Assembly (NCBI GenBank): GCA_963846575.1
Contig: CAWJWJ010000002.1
Coordinates: forward strand, 224,001-288,000
Direction of reading: 5' to 3'
Source: an uncultured Nitrospiraceae bacterium
Lineage (GTDB): Bacteria > Nitrospirota > Nitrospiria > Nitrospirales > Nitrospiraceae
DNA: 64,000 nt
The notes beneath the pieces are model-generated. The model did no database searches and was not told the DNA's origin. It worked only from the letters and a program-made list of their open reading frames with translations. Position numbers and translations under genes: made by a program. How positions within the stretch are numbered: position 1 is the first letter of the stretch; every line of letters starts with the position of its first letter. Below are positions 38,572-48,051 of the stretch, piece by piece.

Positions 38572-39261
38572 TCAGACTAACTGGTGATCCAACGCATACC
38601 GCACCAGGTCCGCCGTTGTTCTCAATCCCAGCTTCATGAGGAGTCGCGAGCGGTACGTGCTGACCGTTTTAATGCTCAGGTTCAGTTCCTCGGCAATGTC
38701 GGTCAAGCGTCGCCCCCGTGCGATCCATTGCAGTATCTCGAATTCCCGGTCGGACAACATCGTCGGGAGGGCGTTCGTGCATGGGGTGCGCGACTTCGGC
38801 ATGCCGGATTGGAGGTCTGTGGTTGTTTCATTCTGATGATACTGTTCCCCTCGAAGCAGACGGGCGATCGCAGAGCGGAGTTCTTCGGGGCCTGCGTCTT
38901 TGGTCAGATAGCCGCGCGCGCCGGCTCGAACTACGCGGGCGGCATAGTGTTCTTCGGCGTAAATGCTCATCACGAGGACGGCTGCTGTCGGTTGGACGGA
39001 CTTCAGAATGCGAAGCATTTCCAAGCCCGGCATGTCAGGGAGGTTCAGATCAACAATCACAAGATTCCAGGCTGCGGCGTGCAGATGCCTGATGGCCTCA
39101 TGAGCCGATCCTGTTTCGACGATGCGAAGGGCTAAACCATCTTCGACGGAAAAGTCCTGGAGGAACTCCCGCAGGCCTCGACGGACCAGAGCATGATCGT
39201 CCACGATCAAAATATGGATATCCGCTTGTAAACAAGCGGTTCCTTGATCCCGTTCCATCAT
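38572..39261 (-). CDS. NarL/UvrY-family response regulator
   Basis: ILIVDDH, VIVDLNLPDMPG, YLTK, LuxR HTH LSDREFEIL...LSIKTVSTYRSR. Confidence 0.93.
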   Translation of the reverse strand: MMERDQGTACLQADIHILIVDDHALVRRGLREFLQDFSVEDGLALRIVETGSAHEAIRHLHAAAWNLVIVDLNLPDMPGLEMLRILKSVQPTAAVLVMSIYAEEHYAARVVRAGARGYLTKDAGPEELRSAIARLLRGEQYHQNETTTDLQSGMPKSRTPCTNALPTMLSDREFEILQWIARGRRLTDIAEELNLSIKTVSTYRSRLLMKLGLRTTADLVRYALDHQLV

Positions 39262-39412
39262 GAATCCTCGTTACGTCTCAGCACATCTCACGCCCGGCTT
39301 GAGCGGGGTCATGGAGACTCGACCACACGGTTGCGTCAGCGTAGCCCCTGCCTCATTGGTGCTCACGGGGAACCATGACGACCAAGTGCGACAGGTATAG
39401 CAGAAGCGTTGA

Positions 39413-39448
39413 CGGACATCATAGAGCTGTTCGGCTCTATGATGTCCG
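39413..39448. other. Perfect 15-bp inverted repeat with 6-nt spacer
   Basis: CGGACATCATAGAGC-TGTTCG-GCTCTATGATGTCCG. Confidence 0.8.
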
Positions 39449-39581
39449 CTGGAACAGGCCGGGTTATCGTACCAGGGTGAGCGACTGAGGCGATCCCTAG
39501 GTCAGTACGGGGGGAGAGATCGTTCGAGGAAAAGAGTTCATTGAGGGGCAGCGGAGGGCCGCCGGAGAGTGGCGGGCTGGT

Positions 39582-41114
39582 TCAGAGTCGATAGAGCAAC
39601 CGGTACTTTTCTTCAAGGTAACGCAGGAACGGCTCCGGGTCCACTCCCGATCCCGTGACGCGACGAGCCAGATGATCGGGCGTGAACATCCGTCCCCATC
39701 GATGGATTTTCTGTTCAAGCCACCGTCGGAGCGGCAGCAGATGTCCGGCCTCAATTTCTTCGTCCAACTGCGGCAGCTCCTGTTTGGCCTGCTCGAAGAA
39801 CTGTACTGAGTAAAGATTGCCCAACGTATAGGTGGGGAAGTAGCCAAATGCCCCCATCGACCAGTGGACGTCCTGAAGGACACCCTCGGCATCCTGCCCC
39901 GGCACGATGCCCAAATAGGACTGCATCTTTTCATTCCAAATGCCGGGCAAGTCCTCCGCCTGTGTCCGTCCCTCGACGAGGGCCTGCTCGATCTCGACGC
40001 GGAGCATGATGTGCAGGTTATACGTTAGCTCATCGGCTTCGACTCGGATCAATGAAGGGGCGGCGCGGTTAATCGCGGCATAGAATCGATCGAGCGGCAC
40101 GGTTGCGAGCTGTTGCGGAAATGTGTGCTGCAGGATCGGATAGAAGCAGCGCCAGAACGGCAACGACCGGCCCACGCAATTCTCCCAGAGCCGCGACTGG
40201 CTCTCATGAAAACCCAAGGACAGGGACTCACCCAGGGGTGTGCCGTAGTAGCGTGGATCCAGTCCCTGATCGTAGAGGCCATGGCCCCCCTCATGGATGC
40301 AGCTGAACAGGCACGAGGGCAGATCCTTCTCGAAGACCCGGGTCGTCACCCGGACATCGGTAGGATGAAAAGAGGTAGTGAAGGGGTGGGCGGAGAGGTC
40401 CAGCCTTCCGCGGTCGAAATCATATCCCATGGCCGTGAGGACGAGTCGTCCGAACTCGACCTGCTTGGCCTGATCGAAGCTCTGGTGCAGGCAACTGTCG
40501 TCAATGGTCACGGCACTGCCTTGGACGCGCTGCAGGAGCGGAACGAGGCGTTCGCGTAGCCGTGTCAACAGTGGCGTCAGTTGGGCAACCGTGGCTCCCG
40601 GCTCATAGGTATCCAGCAGCGCATCATACGGGGAGTGTTCATAGCCCAAATACTGAGCCTCCTCCCGTTTGAGGCCCAGCACCGTCTTGAGCGAAGGCAG
40701 GAATTTCGAAAAGCGGCTCTCTTCCCGTGCCGTCACCCAGGCCTGTTGGGCCAAGGAACACTCACGACTCAGCCGGATCACAAAGTCGGACGGCAGTTTC
40801 TTGGCTCGGTCGAAATCGCGGCTGGCTTCCCGCAACAGGGCGCGTGACGGTTCGTCCCAACTTTCGCCTTGAGATTCGGCAGCCTCTCCGGACGCGGGGT
40901 CCACCCACTGGGCGAGAAGCCGTTCGACCTCCCCCGATACGAGTTTCTGGTGGGCGAGGCCCTCCAGCGTCGCGATCTGCTCGGCGCGAGCCGCGCCGCC
41001 GCCCGCAGGCATGTAGGTTTCCTGATCCCAGGACAAGACCGACGCGGCGCTCTGGATACGCCGGATTTCCAGGAGTCGAGTCGTCAGAGGATCCAATGTC
41101 GCCAATGTCTTCAC
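39582..41114 (-). CDS. Carboxypeptidase, family M32
   Basis: WDQETYMP, HPF, DVRVTT, HEGGH, HESQS, IRVEAD, GVLQDVHW, FGYFPTY; GTG start 41114 after AAGGAG. Confidence 0.95.
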   Translation of the reverse strand: MKTLATLDPLTTRLLEIRRIQSAASVLSWDQETYMPAGGGAARAEQIATLEGLAHQKLVSGEVERLLAQWVDPASGEAAESQGESWDEPSRALLREASRDFDRAKKLPSDFVIRLSRECSLAQQAWVTAREESRFSKFLPSLKTVLGLKREEAQYLGYEHSPYDALLDTYEPGATVAQLTPLLTRLRERLVPLLQRVQGSAVTIDDSCLHQSFDQAKQVEFGRLVLTAMGYDFDRGRLDLSAHPFTTSFHPTDVRVTTRVFEKDLPSCLFSCIHEGGHGLYDQGLDPRYYGTPLGESLSLGFHESQSRLWENCVGRSLPFWRCFYPILQHTFPQQLATVPLDRFYAAINRAAPSLIRVEADELTYNLHIMLRVEIEQALVEGRTQAEDLPGIWNEKMQSYLGIVPGQDAEGVLQDVHWSMGAFGYFPTYTLGNLYSVQFFEQAKQELPQLDEEIEAGHLLPLRRWLEQKIHRWGRMFTPDHLARRVTGSGVDPEPFLRYLEEKYRLLYRL

Positions 41115-41198
41115 CTTCGCGCTCCTTCTTCCAGGATGACGTGATATGATCCTGCGGCCGAGGCGATTGTCGCACAACTCTCTGACGGAGCGAAACCC

Positions 41199-41876
41199 AT
41201 GACCGAGCTCGTGCTGCCGAAGATCGACGCCTATGCCGCTGCCCATTCTCTGCCGGAATCACCGGTTCGCCGCGCGCTTCGAGAAGAAACGGAACGGACG
41301 ATGGAGTATGCCCGCATGCTGGTCGGCCCGCTGGAGGGAGCGTTTTTGCATGTAATGACCCGTCTCGCGCGGGCTACCCGAGTGCTCGAAATCGGGATGT
41401 TCACGGGGTATAGCGCGCTCTGTTTTGCCGAAGCACTGCCCGACCGGGGACGTGTGACGACCTGCGAGGTGGACGAGGAGTCGGCGGCCGTGGCCCGTCG
41501 TTTTTTCGATCAGTCACCCCATGGTCACAAGATCGAGATTTGCATGGGCCCCGCCCTGGATACGATGGCCGGACTGCAGGAGCCCTTCGATCTGATCTTT
41601 ATCGATGCCGACAAAGTCAACTATCTCAATTACTACCGGCGTGCGTTGGAGCTACTGTCGCCTCGCGGTGTGATGCTCATCGACAATGTGTTATGGGATG
41701 GAGAAGTCCTGCACGATCCCCCACCGGACGACCGTACCGCGGCCATTCAGGAGCTCAATCGAGTCGTCACCGCCGATCCACGCGTGACCGCCGTGCTGGC
41801 GACGATTCGAGATGGCATTTGGGTGATCACCCCCTCTCCGTCGTTCCAGACTGCGGACCCACCGGCAGCGTCATGA
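41199..41876 (+). CDS. Class I SAM-dependent O-methyltransferase (caffeoyl-CoA OMT-like)
   Basis: VLEIGMFTGYS, FIDADK, IDNVLWDG. Confidence 0.92.
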   Translation: MTELVLPKIDAYAAAHSLPESPVRRALREETERTMEYARMLVGPLEGAFLHVMTRLARATRVLEIGMFTGYSALCFAEALPDRGRVTTCEVDEESAAVARRFFDQSPHGHKIEICMGPALDTMAGLQEPFDLIFIDADKVNYLNYYRRALELLSPRGVMLIDNVLWDGEVLHDPPPDDRTAAIQELNRVVTADPRVTAVLATIRDGIWVITPSPSFQTADPPAAS

Positions 41877-41905
41877 GAAGTTTCATCACATTCAGGTGAG
41901 GGATC

Positions 41906-42823
41906 GTGCCCATGGAGAAACCCACCACGTTCGCGGCCTATACGGCGCTCACCACCTCGGCGCTGGTCTGGGGCGGCTCTATCGTGGGTCAGAAATTGGC
42001 GCTCGGGGCATTTTCAGCGGTGGAGACCTCGGTCCTCAGAGCCCTTGGCGCATTAGCGATCTTGATTCCGCTCTGGTGGTGGACCGAAGGAGGGCGGACG
42101 ACGGTGTCCACGCGCGACCTCAAGCTCTTGTCCCTACTGGGGCTCGGGGTGTTGGGGAATCATCTCCTAACGCTGTTCGGCCTCCGGTATGTCAGTGCGT
42201 CGACCGCCGGGGTCATCATTGGCGCCAGCCCGGCCATCACGGCATTACTTTCCTCACTGCTCGTGCGCGATATTCCGTTTAGGACCGTGGCGGCCGGCTG
42301 TGCGGTATCCTTTGCGGGAGTAGCCCTCGTGTCCGGCGTCGGAGGCGCTACGCCGAGCGGGGACAGTCCCTGGCTGGGCGGCATGCTGGTTCTGCTGGGT
42401 CTGGTCAGCTGGGCGCTCTATTCTATCGGTGGCCGCGAAGTCATGGTGCGGCTATCGCCATTAACCGTCAACTGGACGACGCTGCTCGTTTCCCTGCTCC
42501 TGCAAATTCCGTTACTGTGGACCGATCAAAAGCTGCTGTTGTCCGGAACGACTGTGGTGCCTTTCTCAGGCTGGCTGGCCTTGCTCTACCTGATCGTGTT
42601 TGCGACGGCGCTTGGGCAACAGGCGTGGTTGTATGGAGTGCAAGGGGTCGGACCTTCACGGGCCGGGGTATTCGTCAACCTGATTCCGGTCTCGGCGCTT
42701 CTCCTCTCGGCCTTGGTGCTGGGTGACGCGATCGGGGTGAGGGAAATCGCGGGCATAGTTCTCATCCTGACCGGCGTCTGGCTGGTCGGCTGGCAGTCTG
42801 CCAGGTACAAACAATTCGCATAA
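41906..42823 (+). CDS. DMT/EamA-family transporter
   Basis: About 10 TM segments, two EamA repeats (LVWGGS; SWALYS; FVNLIPV). Confidence 0.9.
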   Translation: MPMEKPTTFAAYTALTTSALVWGGSIVGQKLALGAFSAVETSVLRALGALAILIPLWWWTEGGRTTVSTRDLKLLSLLGLGVLGNHLLTLFGLRYVSASTAGVIIGASPAITALLSSLLVRDIPFRTVAAGCAVSFAGVALVSGVGGATPSGDSPWLGGMLVLLGLVSWALYSIGGREVMVRLSPLTVNWTTLLVSLLLQIPLLWTDQKLLLSGTTVVPFSGWLALLYLIVFATALGQQAWLYGVQGVGPSRAGVFVNLIPVSALLLSALVLGDAIGVREIAGIVLILTGVWLVGWQSARYKQFA

Positions 42824-43868
42824 CATGGAATTGGCCGGGTGTTCTTTACCGCAGCCTTGGCCGGCCTGTGCAACGGCCGAGGCAGCATACTGTGCAGAGG
42901 TGGGGCCGCGGAGAAGAACGGGACCGATCTGTATGAAACGATCGAGGCATTGGGCTGGTGTTTGGAACAGCTTCAGACGGTGTGTGTCTCGCTGACGACC
43001 CCTCATGGACATTTGTTCGGAGAAGACCAAGTCGATGCCCGCCGCCTCTTTGCAGGCGAGATGCGATGAGGGGATAAGGGAGGCACGACTTGGTTCGTCA
43101 ATGGCCAGGCGTGGCCGGCCTGGCCCCATGGTCTCGCGAACTCGTGTTCTGCAAGGGGAGCTGCTCGGGGAGTGACAGGGACAAGCATAGTACGGCGGAA
43201 GAATCAGCACACAGGCGGCACGGTGATCAGCATGGGCCAGCACCCGTCCTCTCCCCAAGTCGAAGGATAGAATGTTTTGGTCAGATGGTCGACTGACTCT
43301 CCTGAGATTGCCCCCGCCGGCATCTTGCCTGCCGCGCTTCGTGCATGCGCCGAGTTAGCCTCTGCATCTGCAGCTGTCCGAGACTGCGTCCTGCGTCGAT
43401 CTGCAGTGATACCAATTCCGTTTTACTTTCTCCACATGAAGCAGCCCTCGGTAAGAGACTGTGTCACACCTGGAACGATAAGGGGGTGACACAACAATGA
43501 CACGCCGACCCGCGCCAGAAATTTGACGAGTCTTTGAAGCAAGCGCATGGCAGTCGTGGAAAATCCCGCAGAAATGCGATTGTTCAACGGAATCTTGTGC
43601 GGCATGATCCTTGATATCACAAGAGACAATGGTTGGAGCCGAGAGCGGTACGAAGCATCAGATGCGAGCGCAAAGGGAAGTGGAAATTCCATTGTGTGTG
43701 AATTTGCCGATCGCCATGAAGGCCCGAACGTCACGACTCACCGCGAGCACATCTGCGTGAATCTGTGTACCATCCGCCGCCCGGTTGAGGGTCTGAAATC
43801 TCGGTCCCACGTTCGACTCGGAGCTCTCCACGGTGAAGATACATCATTACGAACAAGGAGAACTGATT

Positions 43869-44186
43869 ATGTGGAATGATAAGGTGGATCTGATGCGGTT
43901 TGATCATGAGGCGGGGACAGGGGCACTTCCGGAGAGGGCGGAGGCAGGGAGGGCTGGAGTAACCGCCAAGCGACGACCGGAGGAGTTGACCCCCCGGGAA
44001 CACGAGATCCTGCAATTGGTGTGGGCCGGGTTCACGAATCGCACAATTGCGGAGCAACTGCATATCAGCGTCAAGACGGCGGAGGCACATCGTGCCAATA
44101 TGATGAAAAAACTTCGCGTCTCCAATATCGCGCAACTGCTGAAGACGGCTCTGGAAGAGGGGCTGCTTGCTACCCATGTGAGTTAA
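43869..44186 (+). CDS. Stand-alone LuxR-type HTH protein
   Basis: LTPREHEIL...NRTIAEQLHISVKTAEAHRANMMKKL; ATG 43869 after AAGGAG. Confidence 0.88.
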   Translation: MWNDKVDLMRFDHEAGTGALPERAEAGRAGVTAKRRPEELTPREHEILQLVWAGFTNRTIAEQLHISVKTAEAHRANMMKKLRVSNIAQLLKTALEEGLLATHVS

Positions 44187-44332
44187 CGGGATACGCGGCG
44201 ACCTGCGGCTTCGGGAGAAGTCCCACTCCCGAGGATGGTAGCTCCCCGCGAATCCGCCCTTCTTACAGTACAATTCATCTCGCGCCGGAGATGGTGTTTG
44301 CAGTACAATGCCGCACTATTTCCGGAGCAGCC

Positions 44333-44725
44333 GTGGTCGAACAGCGAATCGAAGAAATTACGCGCGCGAATCTCGCTTTCTATGCCGCTTTTGAAAGTCT
44401 GGACATGCTCCAGATGGACAAAGTGTGGGCTCATCTCGAATATGTGACTTGTATCCATCCGGGCTGGAACCTTCGTAGCGACTGGCCGGCGGTTCGCGAC
44501 TCCTGGGTCTTGATTTTCAACAACACCTTTTCCATGAAATTCGAGCTCACCGACGTCCAGGTCCAGGTCGCTGGCGATCTGGGCTGGGTGATCTGTACGG
44601 AGCATCTCACCAGCCGGCAGGACGACCAGCCGGTCGAAACCCGCGTCCTCGCTACCAATCTATTTGAGCGTATCGGCGATGAGTGGTTGATGATTCACCA
44701 CCATGGAAGCCCGGTGATGGGCTAG
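44333..44725 (+). CDS. SnoaL/NTF2-like protein
   Basis: ANLAFYAAF, CIHPGW, ATNLFER, WLMIHHHGS; GTG 44333 after GGAG. Confidence 0.85.
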   Translation: MVEQRIEEITRANLAFYAAFESLDMLQMDKVWAHLEYVTCIHPGWNLRSDWPAVRDSWVLIFNNTFSMKFELTDVQVQVAGDLGWVICTEHLTSRQDDQPVETRVLATNLFERIGDEWLMIHHHGSPVMG

Positions 44726-45323
44726 CGGAGCCCGGGCGATGCGGTTCGTTGGTGCCATGCGAACGCCGCATCGAGAAGCAGCTCTCCCTCCGATTTGACT
44801 GGACCAATGCAGCTGCCTCCCCCGAAAGCCGATATTGTCCGGTGGGCAGTCCATTCGGACCACAACTCTACGCCGGCTCATTCAAGGCCGGCGGGGAAGT
44901 CACCCTCACGTCACCGCCGCTCTACTGAAATCACTGCGCTGGATCGTTCAGGACGGATGGCGGACACCGTGATTCCAAGAGTAACAAACCCCCGTTGGAC
45001 GGACGTCGGGCTGACCCATCGATCCTGGTCTGAGACGTGTTTTTTATGTCCAGCATTGCTGGACATATGCTAATCTACGGCTGGTTTTCCGTGCAGAACC
45101 GCGAGCATGAACGGTTCTCTTCCCGCGAGCCCGAGTCTTGGCACGATGGAATGGAAAGGCTTCTGAATGGTGGATCGCGAACCCGGCTCAGTCGGCCCGG
45201 AGTACCACACAGTATTCATGAAGCTGTCCTCTAGTGATGTGCGTCCCGCCCTGATATGCAGCGCAGTTTCTCAACACAGCTCCCGGTCAGTTACTCAAAA
45301 CAATTCCGAGTAGGTGCGAGACG

Positions 45324-45956
45324 ATGAACGTTCGACCGATGCTCGCTCACGTGACCGACAAGCCAGTGTTAGGGGCGATGGTGCGATTGTGCCGAGGGGT
45401 GAGGGAGCTGATCGGTCAGATCCATGAAGACTGGACGGTGAACAGCCGGGACTGGACGATGCCCGGCTTTCGCGCCCTTACCGTTCACCGCATAGGTACC
45501 TGGGTTTCCAACAGACGCGGAAGCATCCTGAAGTCGGGCATGCTTCTGCTGTACGGGATGATGTATCGATACGTGCGGAATCACTACGGCGTTGAAATAC
45601 CATTGACGACCACGATAGGACGAAGAATGCTGCTTGTCCATCAACATGGGATCGTGTTCCATTGGAAAGCTGTCGTAGGGGATGACTGTGTGATCCGACA
45701 CAATGCCACGATAGGCGCGGGATACGGGGGAGCCAAAACCCTTCACAAGGGGCCAAAACTTGGAAATCGGGTGGAAGTCGGCCCTGGCGCCGTGATCTTT
45801 GCCGCCGTCAAGATCGGGGATGGGGCGGTGATTGGACCGAATGCCGTGGTCATGTCCGATGTGCCGGCGGGGGCCCGAGTCTTTGCTGAGGCGCCACGTG
45901 TCATTTGCCTGCCTAACCAGACCCAGGGGAAATCAGTTTTAGCTGGGACCAGCTAG
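45324..45956 (+). CDS. Hexapeptide-repeat O-acetyltransferase (CysE/WcaB-like)
   Basis: Left-handed beta-helix: TTIGRR, HQHGIV, VVGDDCVI, KLGNRVEVGPGA, KIGDGAVIGPNAVV, DVP. Confidence 0.88.
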   Translation: MNVRPMLAHVTDKPVLGAMVRLCRGVRELIGQIHEDWTVNSRDWTMPGFRALTVHRIGTWVSNRRGSILKSGMLLLYGMMYRYVRNHYGVEIPLTTTIGRRMLLVHQHGIVFHWKAVVGDDCVIRHNATIGAGYGGAKTLHKGPKLGNRVEVGPGAVIFAAVKIGDGAVIGPNAVVMSDVPAGARVFAEAPRVICLPNQTQGKSVLAGTS

Positions 45957-45996
45957 TCGGAGGATTTCTACAGTTCGACTAGGGAGTTTCCTAGTC

Positions 45997-48051
45997 ATGC
46001 CTGCCTTCCTGCTGAGTCAAATTGTGCACCGCCAGAATGATATGTCGCTTCTCGGAAAAATAGAATCGACCTCGGGCACTTCATCGCCCGCCACTCCGGA
46101 GGTTCGCGGCGATGCCTATCGGAAGTCTGGCCTCATCGCACAGGCGATTCAGGCGTATCTGGAAGGTGTGATCCATCCGGCCCCGGCCGGACTGTGCCTC
46201 AAGCTTGCGCGGAGTTACGAAGAGATTCAGAATTATGCAGAGGCCAGCCGTTGGGCGCTCGCTATTGTCGATTCGGGCGATGATTTTACGGCATGGCAGA
46301 ATGGCTGGTCCCTGTTCCGGCGGGTGGCGTCGAAGGCTAACCGGCCGATAGTTCGGAAGGCCAAAGTCGCGCTTCTCGGCAGCTACACGACCACCCAATT
46401 TGGTGCCATGTTGTGTTTTGCGGCGAGTCGATTCGGCATTGCGGTCGACCTCTATGAAAGCCATTACGGACAGTTTCAGCAGGAGATCATCGATCCCGCG
46501 AGCGGCCTCTATGCCTTCCGGCCCGAGATCGTCCTGCTCGCCGTGCACGAAAAGGATCTCCGACTGCCTGAATACAGCCAGCACCCGGAGGCGGATATCC
46601 GTCAGGAAGTCGGCCGCTGGACAGCGCTGTGGAAAATGGTGGAAGAACGCTCCGGGGCTCGTGTCATACAGCATAACTTCGCCCTGCCTTGCGAGATTCC
46701 TGCCGGCCATCTCGCGACGCGTCTCTCCGGGTCCCGATACATGATGGCACAAGCCGTCAACGCAGGGCTTGGACGAGCGGCGGCAAATTCGGTGTCATTG
46801 GTCGATTGCGAACGGCTGTCCGCGTACATCGGTAAGCAGCGATGGTGCGACCCCCGCTATTGGAACCTCTCCAAACAAGCCGTTGCACTGGAGGCTGTTC
46901 CCTTACTCGCCCGGCACACCGCGGCCGTCATGGCAGCCGCTTTGGGGGCGAGCCGGAAATGTCTCGTGCTCGATCTGGACAACACTCTGTGGGGCGGGGT
47001 TATCGCGGAAGACGGGTTGGCGGGAATTCGATTGGGCAATGGGGTCGAAGGTGAGGCCTTCGTCGCCTTTCAAGAGTATCTTCTTCGGCTCAAGGAAAAG
47101 GGCGTGATCCTGGTAGTCTGCTCGAAGAATAACCATGCCGACGCGATCCAGCCTTTCGAAAAGCATTCCGAAATGCGACTGAAGCTCGGGGATATTGCCC
47201 TGTTTCTTGCCAACTGGGAATCGAAACCCGACAACATCCGCCGGATAGCCAAGACGCTGCAGATCGGGTTGGACTCACTGGTGTTTGTCGATGACAACCC
47301 GGTCGAGCGGGAGATCGTCCGCAAGTTTCTGCCTGAAGTTGACGTGATACCGCTTCCCGAGGACCCGTCCTATTATCTCAGAGCGCTCTCTCAATACCTC
47401 TTACTCGAGACGAGCGCGTTTACGGCCGAGGATAGTCAACGGACCGATCAATATCGAGCCCGGGCTCAGATCTTGGAACTGGAAACGTCCGCCGGGTCCA
47501 TTGAAGACTTTTATCGAGGGCTCCAGATGCAGGCCATCGTGGCTCCTTTCGATGCGGAGCAGTTGCCGCGGATCGCCCAGCTCATCGGGAAGACGAATCA
47601 ATTCAACCTCACGACTCGCCGTCACGGCATGGCGCAACTCGAAGAGTGTATGCAGGATGCGCACTGCGTACATCTCGCCCTGCGGTTGAGGGATCGTTAT
47701 GCAGACCACGGGTTGGTGAGTTTGATGATTGCGCGGCAACAGGGTGCCGTGCTGGATATCGATACGTGGCTCATGAGCTGCCGGGTCATCGGTCGGACCG
47801 TCGAACGGACGATGCTGGCGCACCTCTGCCGGCGGGCCGCGCAGCTCGGCTGTGCCACCCTTCAAGGTACCTATGTCCCGACGGAAAAGAATGCGATGGC
47901 CGCAGACGCCTATGCGAAGTGCGGATTTGAGCTGCTCCATCGGAATGACGGCCACGAGATCTGGACCTACGATCTTCCTTCCAAGGGCATGCTCACGAAT
48001 GAGTTCGTGAAATCGGTCCAGTCCTGGGAATTCGCTGATGGCGCCGGCTGA
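45997..48051 (+). CDS. FkbH-like HAD-IIIC glyceryl transferase/phosphatase with N-terminal extension
   Basis: DLDNTLWGG, CSKNN, NWESK, FVDDNPVER, KTNQFN, LMSCRVIGR. Confidence 0.93.
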   Translation: MPAFLLSQIVHRQNDMSLLGKIESTSGTSSPATPEVRGDAYRKSGLIAQAIQAYLEGVIHPAPAGLCLKLARSYEEIQNYAEASRWALAIVDSGDDFTAWQNGWSLFRRVASKANRPIVRKAKVALLGSYTTTQFGAMLCFAASRFGIAVDLYESHYGQFQQEIIDPASGLYAFRPEIVLLAVHEKDLRLPEYSQHPEADIRQEVGRWTALWKMVEERSGARVIQHNFALPCEIPAGHLATRLSGSRYMMAQAVNAGLGRAAANSVSLVDCERLSAYIGKQRWCDPRYWNLSKQAVALEAVPLLARHTAAVMAAALGASRKCLVLDLDNTLWGGVIAEDGLAGIRLGNGVEGEAFVAFQEYLLRLKEKGVILVVCSKNNHADAIQPFEKHSEMRLKLGDIALFLANWESKPDNIRRIAKTLQIGLDSLVFVDDNPVEREIVRKFLPEVDVIPLPEDPSYYLRALSQYLLLETSAFTAEDSQRTDQYRARAQILELETSAGSIEDFYRGLQMQAIVAPFDAEQLPRIAQLIGKTNQFNLTTRRHGMAQLEECMQDAHCVHLALRLRDRYADHGLVSLMIARQQGAVLDIDTWLMSCRVIGRTVERTMLAHLCRRAAQLGCATLQGTYVPTEKNAMAADAYAKCGFELLHRNDGHEIWTYDLPSKGMLTNEFVKSVQSWEFADGAG

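Noticed and set aside
42839..43069. 76-aa ORF after the DMT gene
   Set aside because: No SD or recognisable motif; cannot be supported
43599..43616. Sigma54-like CGGCATGATCCTTGAT (also TGGCACG near 45139)
   Set aside because: The conserved -12 GC is missing in both
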